Source: an uncultured delta proteobacterium
GTDB lineage: Bacteria; Desulfobacterota; Desulfobacteria; Desulfobacterales; Desulfatirhabdiaceae
Length of the DNA stretch: 64,000 bases
Direction of reading: 5' to 3'
NCBI GenBank assembly: GCA_963789395.1
Contig: CAWBKP010000010.1
Coordinates: forward strand, 64,001-128,000
The translations under genes and the position numbers were made by a program. This document shows, one piece after another, positions 54,157-64,000 of this stretch (the stretch's first letter is position 1; the number at the start of each line of letters is the position of its first letter). A model generated the notes under the pieces. That model had not been told where the DNA came from, did no database searches, and worked only from the letters and a program-made list of their open reading frames with translations.

Positions 54157-57100
54157 TCAGGATTTCCCTTTTCTGTTAGGATAAGCGTCTTTGGATCGCG
54201 CAGCGGAAATTGCGGGGCTGCAATCCGTCTGAACCGCCGGATATCCCAGAAGCGCGTCGATATCACGTTTGAGCTTGCTTCCTGCCTTTACTTTCAACTG
54301 CTCGGGAAGGGATATGACAATCTGGGTATGGTCCGGGCTGTTCAGGCGCAGAATCGCCGGACAGGCGCCCGGATGGCTGCCCATGACATCCCGAAGCCTG
54401 AGCAGGGTCTCCCGCTGGACCCGGGACAGGTCAATATTCACATGAAGGGTTGCCGCCCAGGTTTCCTCGGCCTTTTCCAGAGGAATCAGGGTTTCCGCCA
54501 GGATTTTGACCGCATTATCGTCTTTTTGAACTGCTCCCTGAACCATGATGGCGCCATCGCCGGACAACAGATCGCTGACAGCCGCATAAAGATTCGAAAA
54601 AACCGTGATCTCGACGCTGCCGTTCATGTCTTCCAGGGTGACAAAGGCCATCAGCTCATCGCGCCGGGTTTTGATCACTTTGACGTTTCGGACGATGCCG
54701 CCGATGCGAATGGCCTCGCCATCCGCTTTGTCTGAAAGAGAAAGGGAGTCTGCGGTCGCAAACTTATCCAGAATATCCTCAAATCCCTGCAAGGGATGGC
54801 CGGTAATATAAAACCCCAGGGTTTCCTTCTCCAGCAGGAGCCGCTGTTTTTCATCCCATTCCGCCATATCGGGAAGCGGGGAATGGCCGATTTTCTGCTC
54901 TCCCTTGACGCTTCCGCCAAAAAGGCCCATTTGGGGATCCGAGCGCTTCCGGTGAACCAGTTGCCCGTAGTCAACGGCATCCTCAATGGCGGCCATGAGC
55001 TGGGAACGCCTGGCGCCGGTTGAATCAAAAGCCCCGCATTTGATCAGGCTCTCAATCACCCGCTTGTTGACTTTTTTCAGCTCCACCCGTTCACAAAAAT
55101 CAAATAAAGACGTAAACCTGCCTTTTTTGCGTTCCTCGATAATGCTTTCGATGGCAGCCCTCGCCGACATTCTTGACGGCAACCAGGCCGAACCGGATTT
55201 TGGAACCCGCAACCGTAAAGCTTTTTTCGCTTTCGTTGATATCCGGAGGCAGCACTTCGATATCATGGCTGCGACATTCGGCAATGTATTTGACCACGCC
55301 GTCCGAGGAGTTCATTTCGCTGGTCAGAAGGGCCGCCAGAAGCTCAACCGGATAATGGGCCTTTAAATAAGCGGTCTGATAGGCGATCAGGGCATAAGCG
55401 GCGCTGTGGGATTTATTGAATCCATATCGCCCGAATTTTTCCATCAGGTCAAAGATCTGGCTGGCTTTATCCTTGGGAATGCCTTTCTCCTGAGCCCCCT
55501 GAACAAATCGGTCCCGGTGTTTGGCCATGATTTCGGCAATCTTTTTCCCCATGGCTTTTCGCAGGTCATCGGCTTCGGACATGGTATAATTGGCCAGCTC
55601 GGCCGCAATTTTCATGACCTGTTCCTGGTACACGATAACGCCGTAGGTTTCCTTTAATACCGGCGCCAGCTCGGGCACCAGATATTCCACGTTTTTCCGG
55701 CCATGCTTGCGGTCCACAAAATCATCCACCATGCCGCTTTCCAGAGGACCCGGACGATAAAGCGCCACCAGGGCCGTGACATCGTCAAAGCATTCGGGCT
55801 TCAGGCGGACGAGCAGGTCCTTCATGCCGGAGCTTTCCAGTTGAAAGACGCCGGTGGTGTCCCCGGAAGCCAGCAGGCGATAGGTATCGGGATCGGAAAA
55901 ATCCAGATCCAGAAGATCCGGAGGCGTTTTCCCCTGGTCCTTGATCATTTGAAGGGCCCCGGCAATGACCGTAAGGTTTCGAAGCCCCAGAAAATCAAAT
56001 TTGACCAGGCCGATTTTCTCCACGCATTTCATGTCAAACTGGGTGACAACTTCCCCTTTTTTCCCCCGGTACATGGGCAGGTAATCCACCAGGGGCCGAT
56101 CTCCGATGACCACACCCGCGGCATGGGTTGAGGCGTGACGGGGAAGCCCTTCCAGAACCCTGCAGATGTTGATGAGATCCTCAACTTCCGGCCTGCTTTC
56201 CACCATTTCCGCAAGTTTCGGCTCCTGTTTAAGCGCCTCATCCAGGCTGATGTTGAGCACATCCGGAACCAGTTTGGCGATGGCGTCCACTTCGCGCAGG
56301 GGAATGTCCAGGGCCCGTCCCACATCCCGGATCACAGCCCGGGTTTTGAGCTTTCCAAAGGTAATGATCTGGCTGACATAATCGCCCCCGCCGTAGCGGT
56401 CCACCACATATTTATACACCTGCTCCCGGCCGTTGATGCAGAAATCCACGTCAATATCCGGCATGCTTTTCCGGCCGGGATTCAGAAACCGCTCAAATAT
56501 CAGTCCGTGCTCCAGGGGATCCAGATCGGTGATTCCCAGAGAAAAGGCCACCAGGCTTCCGGCCGCGGAGCCTCGGCCAGGACCCACGGGGATCTGATGC
56601 TCCTTGGCATACTGGATAAAATCCGCAACAATCAAAAAATAGCCGGGAAACCCCATCTCCTTGATGGCGGCCATTTCATATTCAAGGCGGGCCAGATAGG
56701 GCTTTTCATCCTGATCCGGGTGTTTTTTCAGAATCTGGCGCCATATCCGCGCATACCCTGTCCGGGTTTTTTCATCAAAGATATCGTCCGCAGAGCGCTC
56801 GCCCGTGGATTCATATTTGGGGAAATGAAAGGTCTTGAAATCAAATTCCAGATTGCATCGGCTGGCAATATCGACGGTATTGGCAAGAGCGCCGGGATAG
56901 GATTTGAAATCCGCGACCATTTCATCCCGGGACTTGAAATAGAGCTGGTCCGTCCGGAATTTGAAGCGCTCCGAATCATGAATGGTTTTTCCGGTCTGAA
57001 TACAGAGCAGCACATCATGGGCCCGGACATCGTCCTGATCCAGATAATGGCAGTCGTTGGTCGCAACCATCGGAATGGAAAGCCGCCGGCTCATATCGAG

Positions 57101-57670
57101 CAGGGTCTGATTGACGTGATCCTGGATGTCGATGCCGTTGTTCTGAACCTCCAGGAAAAAATTCCCCTCGCCAAAAAGGCTGAGATAAAACCTGGCGGCT
57201 TCATCCGCTGCATCCTGCCGGCCGTCCTTGATGAGCCTGGGAATCTCGCCATGAAGACAGGCGGAAAGGGCAATGAGCCCCTTGGCGTGATCCTTGAGGA
57301 TATCCTTGTCAATCCGGGGTTTGTAGTAAAACCCCTCAAGCTGCGCAATGGTGGCCAGTTTGCAGAGATTTCGGTAGCCTTCCTCATTTTCGGCCAGCAA
57401 AATGATATGAGAAAGCCCTTTATTGTCCTGGGCGGTTTTTTCGGCAATGGAACGCGGCGCAATATAGCATTCGCACCCGATGACCGGTTTGATGCCGGCT
57501 TTAAGGGCTTTTTCATAAAACTCGACGGTCCCGAACATGGTGCCGTGATCGGTAATGGCGACGCTGTCCATGCCGTATGTTTTCACCCGCTGCAAGAGCG
57601 GCTCTATGCGAATGGCGCCATCCAGAAGGCTGTACTGGGTATGAACGTGAAGATGGACAAAATCGGTCAT
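54157..57670 (-). CDS. dnaE: DNA polymerase III subunit alpha (frameshift near 55158)
   Basis: HLHVHTQYSLLDG, GRGSAAGS, PDIDVDF and GFNKSH motifs, with a C-terminal OB fold. Confidence 0.96.
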
Positions 57671-57686
57671 TGTATCCTTAAAAAGC

Positions 57687-57758
57687 AGGCTGTAGGCCAT
57701 GAGGCAATAGGCTACGGCCGAACCGATAGCCCTGGCCATAGCCCATTGCCTATGCCTA
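57687..57758. repeat. inverted heptamer-like repeat cluster between guaB and dnaE
   Basis: aggctgt aggccatg aggcaat aggctac ... atagccc tggcc atagccc attgcct atgcct. Confidence 0.6.
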
Positions 57759-57767
57759 TTGTCATAA

Positions 57768-59231
57768 TTAATCCAGCCGATAATTCGGCGCTTCCTTGGT
57801 AATGATCACGTCATGGACATGGCTTTCCCTGAGACCTGCGGCGCTGATCCGGATAAACGTCGCCTTTTCCCTCAGCTCTGCAATGGACTTGCATCCGGCA
57901 TACCCCATGCCTGCCTTGAGTCCGCCGATCAGCTGAAAAATATTGGCCGAAAGTGTTCCCGAGTAAGGGACCCGTCCCACAATGCCTTCGGGGACAAGCT
58001 TGTCGTCTGCTTCCTGCTCCGTCTGGTAATAGCGGTCCTTGCTGCCTTTTTTCATGGCTTCCAGCGACCCCATGCCCCGATACACCTTATAGCTTCTGCC
58101 CTGAAAAAAAATGGACTCCCCCGGGCTTTCCTCGGTTCCGGCAAAAAGACCGCCGATCATCACCACATGGGCGCCTGCACCGATGGCTTTGGTCACATCG
58201 CCGGAAAATTTAATGCCGCCGTCCGCGATCAGCGGAATGCCTTTGCGGTTACAGACGTCCTTGCAGTTCATGATCGCCGTCATCTGGGGAACACCTGCGC
58301 CCGCAACGATGCGGGTGGTGCAGATGGAGCCGGGGCCGATGCCGATCTTCACCCCGTCAACGCCGGCCAGAATCAGATCCTCGGCGCCTTTTTCAGTTGC
58401 CACATTCCCGGCGATGAGCTCGATATTGCTGAAGGTCTGCTTTAACGTAATCACCGCATCCATGACATTTTTGGAATGGCCGTGAGAGGTATCGATCAAA
58501 ATCACATCCGCGCCTGCCTTAAGCAGCATTTCGGCGCGTTCCAGCATATCCGGTCCGACGCCGACGGCGGCTCCCACCCGAAGCCTTCCCTTGCCATCCT
58601 TGCAGGCATTGGGATATTTTTTGATTTTCTCGATGTCCTTAATCGTGATCATTCCGGTCAGCCTGCCGTTTTTATCCACGACAAGCAGTTTTTCAATCCG
58701 GTGCTCGTGAAGCAGTTTTTTGGACTCCTCCAGATTAATGCCTTCGGTGACCGTTACCAGATTTTTATGGGTCATCACAGCGGATACGGGTCTGGCAAGA
58801 TCGGTCTCAAACCGAAGATCCCGGTTGGTCACAATCCCGACCAGCCGATCGCCGTCCGTTACCGGAACCCCGGAAATCCGGTATTCTTCCATGAGGTTGA
58901 GGACATCCTGAACACTCTGCTCCGGCCTGATGGTCACCGGATCTATAATCATGCCGCTTTCCGACTTTTTGACCTTTCCCACTTCCAGAACCTGATTCTC
59001 AATGCTCATGTTGCGATGAATAAACCCCAGTCCGCCATCTCTGGCCATGCTGATGGCGGTTCGCGATTCGGTAACCGTATCCATTGCAGCACTGACGATG
59101 GGGATGTTCAACGCCAGGTTTCGCGTCAGCCACGTTGTGGTCGTGACGTCTTTGGGGAGCACATCCGAATAACTGGGTACCAGCAGAACATCATCAAATG
59201 AAAAAGCTTCCTGGATGGGTATTTCTTTCAT
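57768..59231 (-). CDS. guaB: IMP dehydrogenase
   Basis: [12 protein letters not shown] pair, [11 protein letters not shown] and YRGMGS motifs. Confidence 0.98.
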   Translation of the reverse strand: MKEIPIQEAFSFDDVLLVPSYSDVLPKDVTTTTWLTRNLALNIPIVSAAMDTVTESRTAISMARDGGLGFIHRNMSIENQVLEVGKVKKSESGMIIDPVTIRPEQSVQDVLNLMEEYRISGVPVTDGDRLVGIVTNRDLRFETDLARPVSAVMTHKNLVTVTEGINLEESKKLLHEHRIEKLLVVDKNGRLTGMITIKDIEKIKKYPNACKDGKGRLRVGAAVGVGPDMLERAEMLLKAGADVILIDTSHGHSKNVMDAVITLKQTFSNIELIAGNVATEKGAEDLILAGVDGVKIGIGPGSICTTRIVAGAGVPQMTAIMNCKDVCNRKGIPLIADGGIKFSGDVTKAIGAGAHVVMIGGLFAGTEESPGESIFFQGRSYKVYRGMGSLEAMKKGSKDRYYQTEQEADDKLVPEGIVGRVPYSGTLSANIFQLIGGLKAGMGYAGCKSIAELREKATFIRISAAGLRESHVHDVIITKEAPNYRLD

Positions 59232-59456
59232 GGGTTTCCTCCATAGGGTTTTTACATGAACACTGTTTTAACAGATTAAAATACAAGAAGACAAAGGCTT
59301 TGGCAATTACTAATTTGGTCTTTCGGCAAAACGCTCCAATTCCGGCGAACACCAGACGAATTCCTTCTCTTTTTTATTGACGCACAAAATTTTGCCTGTA
59401 TTTTATCCGGTAAATATCATTCAACAATCAAATAGATTTTCTTGAGGAGGGTTACC

Positions 59457-60669
59457 ATGAAAAGATCGTTCGGGATGGTTGTCTGCGGAATGCTGTTCAT
59501 TGCTTTTACGGCTGCTCCCCTTATTGCGGCGGATCCCATCAAGGTTGGCATCGTGGATTGTTATACCGGGCCACCCAGCACCTATACCAATGATGTTCGG
59601 GATGCGTTTCAACTGGCCGTTGACAAAATCAACGCCAAAGGCGGCGTCCTGGGCAGAAAAATCGAATTTACGACCCGTGACAGCAAATTCAAGGTGGATC
59701 TGGGCCTCAGCGCAGCCAAAGAGCTGATCATGCGGGAAAAAGTGAATCTGCTGATGGGTACCATCAACAGCGCAGAAGCCCTGGCTATTTCGGATTTATG
59801 CAAGACCGAAAAAATCCCCCTGCTGGTAACGTTTTCAAAGAGCGATGCAATCACCGGCGAAAAAGGACACCGGTATGTGTTTTCCATGAATGAAAACACA
59901 TCCATGGCCGGAAAAGCCGCGGCCATCGGCCCTTTCCAAAAAACCCTACGTCAAATACTGGATCGGCGGAGACGACTATGAATACGGTCATGCCATTGCA
60001 GACGGCGTATGGCAGAATCTCAAGAAGCTGAAACCCGAGGTCGAACTGCTTGGCCAGACCTGGTGGAAGGTGGGAGAATCCGATTTTACCCCGTATATTA
60101 CGGCCATGCTTTCGGCAAAACCCGATGCCGTCATCATTGCAACCGGCGGCAAGAACTGCGTCCCTTTTTTGAAAGCCGCCGAAACCACCGGATTTAACAA
60201 GCAAGTTCCATTTTACATGCACACGGCAACCGAGCTGTCCACCCTTCAGCCCCTGGGGCTCGATGCCCCTGAAGGGGTTCTGGGCACTTCCAATTATTTT
60301 TTCTACTATCCGGAAACCCCGGAAAACAAGGATTTTGTCAAGGAATTTCAGCAGGCATACGGCAGGCCCCCCAAGGTCGGCGCCTTATACGGATACATTA
60401 CCGCTGCCTTTATTGCCAAAGCCTATGAAAAAGCCGGAACCATCGACACGGAAAAATTCATCGACGCCCTGGAAGGCATGACCGTTGACAGTCCTGTCGG
60501 AAAACTTACCATCCGGCCCTATGATCACCAGGTCATGTTTCCCATGTTCATGGGGGTAACCAAAAAAGTGCCGGGATATGATTTTCTGATTGCGTCGGAC
60601 ATTGTCACGATTTCCGGCGAAGATGTCATGCCGGCAATTGAAGAAATCAAGAAAGCACGTGGACAGTGA
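59457..60669 (+). CDS. Liv-type (HAAT) ABC transporter substrate-binding protein (frameshift near 59930)
   Basis: Signal peptide, INAKGGVLGRKIE and DYEYGH motifs. Confidence 0.88.
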
Positions 60670-60681
60670 TGGGTTGATTCG

Positions 60682-61578
60682 ATGCTCGAATTCTTCTCCC
60701 ATATCCCCCTGTCGTCCCTGCTGCAGCAGATCCTGGTCGGGCTCAGCCGGACAACGATTCTGTTCATCGTGGCATCCGGCCTGAGCCTGGTCCTGGGAGT
60801 GCTTCGCATTCCGAATCTGGCCCACGGCTCATTTTATATGATCGGCGCTTTTTTAACCTATTCTGTTTCAGTTGTCATCGGCGGAAAGGCCGGGTTCTGG
60901 GTGGCGCTGGTGGTTGCTCCCGCAGGCGTTGCCCTGATCAGCCTCATCCTGGAGCGCGGGCTGTTCTGCCATCTCTATGACCGGGAGCATCTCATGCTGC
61001 TGCTGTTTACGTTTTCATTCACCCTGGTCTTCGGGGACATCGTCAAGATCATCTGGGGGTCTGATTTCCGATCCATTTCAACACCGGCTCTTTTTCAGGG
61101 GTCGCTTTCGATTTTCGGCCTTTCCCTTCCGCGTTACAATGTTTTTCTGCTGATTATCGGGCCGATGGTGGCGTTAGGGCTTTGGGTGCTGACCCAGAAA
61201 ACAAAAATCGGGAAAATCGCCAGGGCCGCGGCCGTTGACCGGGAGATGGTCGGGGCGGTCGGCATTAATGTCAGCCTGGTGTTCTCGGCCGTATTCGTAA
61301 TCGGATGTTTTCTGGCCGGACTCGGCGGCGCGCTGGTGGCCCCTACCCAGAACATCACTCAGGGCATGGATCATTCCATCATTATGGAGGCGTTTCTGAT
61401 CGTGATTGTCGGGGGCCTTGGCAATATCTGGGGCGCGCTCCTGGGCGCGCTGATTTTCGGCCTGACAGATGCCGTCGGTATCCTGTTATGGCCCCAGTTC
61501 GCCATCGTGTTCCCCTATGCCGTGGTGGTGACCATCCTGATGATCCGCCCCAAGGGCCTTCTCAAATCAACCTGGTAG
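60682..61578 (+). CDS. livH: branched-chain amino acid ABC transporter permease, LivH-like
   Basis: GLSLVLG..NLAHG, GGLGN and RPKGL motifs. Confidence 0.88.
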   Translation: MLEFFSHIPLSSLLQQILVGLSRTTILFIVASGLSLVLGVLRIPNLAHGSFYMIGAFLTYSVSVVIGGKAGFWVALVVAPAGVALISLILERGLFCHLYDREHLMLLLFTFSFTLVFGDIVKIIWGSDFRSISTPALFQGSLSIFGLSLPRYNVFLLIIGPMVALGLWVLTQKTKIGKIARAAAVDREMVGAVGINVSLVFSAVFVIGCFLAGLGGALVAPTQNITQGMDHSIIMEAFLIVIVGGLGNIWGALLGALIFGLTDAVGILLWPQFAIVFPYAVVVTILMIRPKGLLKSTW

Positions 61579-61597
61579 AAGGAAGATCGTATTGCCG

Positions 61598-62576
61598 GTG
61601 AAAAAGATCGATGTAAAAATGCTGTTGTGGGTGATGGGAATCGGGCTTCTGTTTCTATGTCTTCCCCGGTTCCTGCCCAGGTTCTATGTCTACCTGACGG
61701 CGCTGATCCTGCTGACAGGGACTGCTGGCAACCAGCCTGAATCTGGTGCTGGGGTTCGGCGGCATGTATCAGTTTCACCACGCGGTGTTTTATGGCATCG
61801 GGGCGTATTCCCTTGCCCTGATGCTGACCAAATCGGGACTTCCGGCCTGGACCGGATTTGTTGTCGCCCCCCTGGTCTCCGCCGGGATGGGATATGTCAT
61901 CGGTTTGATCTGTGTCAGGCTCTCCAAACTGTATTTCGGCATGCTTCAAATCTCCCTGGGATCTCTGGTCTGGGCCATCGTGTTCCGCTGGTATTCCTTT
62001 ACCGGCGGCGATGACGGCATTCACGGCATTCCGCTGCCAAAGATGCTGTCCGCTTCTCACGGCGCCTATTATTTTACCCTTATCATCACCGCAGTCTCCC
62101 TTTTTTTGATGTATCGCATCGTGAATTCCCCTTTTGGCAGAACGTTTCAGGCCATTCGCGACAACCCCGAAAGATGCGAGGCCATCGGCATCAATGTCCG
62201 GCGGCACCAACTTGTCGGAGAAGTGATTGCCGGTTTTTTTGCCGGGGTTGCCGGAACGCTTTTTGTGACGGTTGAAGGCTCCGTATTCCCGGATCTGATG
62301 TTCTGGACCCTTTCCCTTGAAATTCTGATCATGTGCCTTCTGGGCGGATGGTTCACTTTTTTTGGTCCCATGCTGGGCGCCGCCATCATGGTCACGCTCA
62401 GAACCTTTGTGGGAATCTATACGGAGTACTGGACGCTGATCCTGGGGATCGTGCTGATGCTGCTGATTTTTTTCATGCCCGATGGCGTGCTGGGGATGAT
62501 CCTGAAATACGAAATCCGGAGCCGCCGAAACAATGACAAGCATTACAGTTTTCAGACTCCAAGTTTAGTATCCTGA
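61598..62576 (+). CDS. livM: branched-chain amino acid ABC transporter permease, LivM-like (frameshift near 61720)
   Basis: HAVFYGIGAY, TGGDDG, SPFGR..AIRDN and PDGV motifs. Confidence 0.85.
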
Positions 62577-62620
62577 CATTTGAATTTAGAATTTGTTTCG
62601 ATTTCGATTTGAATTCGGAT
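62505..62620. repeat. degenerate heptamer-based palindromic element overlapping the livM 3' end
   Basis: aaatacgaaatcc..cgaaacaatgac ... gacatttgaatttagaatttgtttcgatttcgatttg. Confidence 0.55.
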
Positions 62621-62678
62621 GCAAAATGACTTTCCGTTCAGGCACTATATCCTGAGTATTGATCGGACAAATTTTTAC

Positions 62679-63423
62679 ATGCTGAAAGTTGAAAATCTTC
62701 AAAAATCCTTTGACGGCTTCATGGCGGTCTCCGACGCCAATCTTGAGGTCAATAAAGGCGAGGTGGTCGCAGTCATCGGCCCGAACGGCGCCGGGAAAAC
62801 CACGCTCTTTCATCTGATTACCGGACAGATTTCCCCGGACAACGGCCGCATCCTTTTCAAAGGCCAGGACATTGCCGGTCTGGCGCCTTACCATATCTGC
62901 AGGAAAGGAATCTGCCGTTCCTACCAGGTGGTCAATATTTTCAACCGGATGACGGTGTTTGAAAATGTACAGGTTGCGCTGATGTCCTTTTGGAAAATGA
63001 CGTTTAACCTGCTGTCGCCGGCCAGAAAACTTCTGATAAAGGAAACCACTCGGGATTCTGGAAAGCGTCGGGCTGGCGGAAAAAGCCGATCAGGTCAGCG
63101 GCTCCCTGTCTCACGGCGATCAAAAAGTGCTTGAAATCGCCATTGCGCTGGGGAACCGGCCGGAGCTCCTGATTCTGGATGAACCCACAGCCGGCATGTC
63201 CCCGGAAGAAACCGCCATGGCCCTTGGCCTGATGAACCGGCTTTCCGGGGAACTGGGCCTGACCATCCTGTTCTGTGAACACGACATGGAACTGGTGTTT
63301 TCCATTGCCCGGAGAATCATGGTCATGCAGCAGGGAAAAACCCTGATTCAGGCCACGCCGGATCAGGTCAAATCCAGCCGGCAGGTGCAGGAAGCCTATC
63401 TGGGCGGGGCCGAATCATGTTAG
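62679..63423 (+). CDS. livG: ABC transporter ATP-binding protein, LivG-like (frameshift near 63050)
   Basis: GPNGAGKTT, LDEPTAGM and EHDM motifs. Confidence 0.9.
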
Positions 63424-64000
63424 AAGTCAGCGAAATCCATACTTACTATGGCCTGAGCCACGTACTTTTCGGCGTATCCCTTACGGTCAACCCGGGAGAG
63501 ATCGTCTGTCTTCTGGGACGAAACGGCGCGGGAAAGAGCACCACCATGCGGAGCATCATGGGGCTGATTCCCCCGCAAAACGGGACCATCCGGTTTAAAG
63601 GCATCACCTGTACCGGCCAGAAACCTTATCTTCTGGCCCGCATGGGCATGGGATTTGTTCCGGATGACCGCAGGGTTTTTGCAGATCTGACGGTCGGAGA
63701 AAATCTTGAGATCGTCCAGCGAAAAAATCTAAAAACCGGGATATGGAACAAGGATGCGGTCTACGATTTTTTCCCGCCACTTAAAAATAATTGACACGCG
63801 ACGGGCCGGATTTTTAAGCGGCGGCGAGCAGCAGATGCTGACCATCGGCCGGGCCCTGATGACCAATCCGGATCTTCTTCTTCTGGATGAACCCACCGAG
63901 GGGCTTGCCCCCCTTGTGGTGAAACTGCTGGAGCAGCAGATTCGAAAACTCAAGGAAACCGGGTTGACCGTTCTTCTGGCCGAGCAGAACCAAAACATTG
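63417..64000 (+). CDS. livF: ABC transporter ATP-binding protein, LivF-like (partial; frameshift near 63787)
   Basis: GRNGAGKST; then LSGGEQQML and [10 protein letters not shown] in the shifted frame. Confidence 0.9.

Noticed and set aside
55100..55284. Split dnaE as a split intein or programmed frameshift
   Set aside because: There are no intein motifs. Removing one G from GAGGGCT restores a continuous DnaE, the same error pattern as in other genes.
56135..57802. Long antisense ORFs (e.g. 56135..57802, 6907..8196, 4330..5388, 61515..62543)
   Set aside because: They are shadows of real genes on the opposite strand and show no recognisable motifs.

Overview
This is chromosomal DNA from an anaerobic deltaproteobacterium, most like Desulfobacterales (inferred from gene content and synteny). 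About 20 genes carry 1-bp frameshifts, including essential dnaE and ispE, several of them in homopolymer runs, so these are probably long-read consensus errors. Contents in order: (1) 1-11.8 kb, an eroded carbon-metabolism island on the minus strand (pgi, pgl, zwf, gnd, glgP, tal, a CPA1 Na+/H+ antiporter) with short relics of deleted genes (phosphoketolase, P-type H+-ATPase, probably rpiB), a MITE-like element and a sigma-54 promoter. (2) 12-20 kb, housekeeping genes dapB, rluD, carD, hppA, pth, rplY, prs, tRNA-Gln, ispE. (3) 20-25 kb, trpEGDCF, preceded by a Trp-rich leader peptide and a double-terminator attenuator. (4) An IS1634-family transposase joined to the end of an M20 peptidase gene. 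(5) Mixed metabolic genes: UPF0210/ACT/alpha-hydroxy-acid dehydrogenase, DHH-CBS, an OleD-like reductase, a K+ channel, PFOR and a CoA-transferase. (6) A sigma-54 promoter plus c-di-GMP-I riboswitch ahead of a secreted Fn3/repeat/FG-GAP protein. (7) cbiB and cbiR, possibly fused, then DMT, LysM, DegT, manC, dnaE, guaB and a Liv-type ABC transporter. Several heptamer-based palindromic repeats are dispersed through the window. No CRISPR array, prophage or recognisable defence system was seen. The most interesting signals are non-coding regulatory structures and gene relics.
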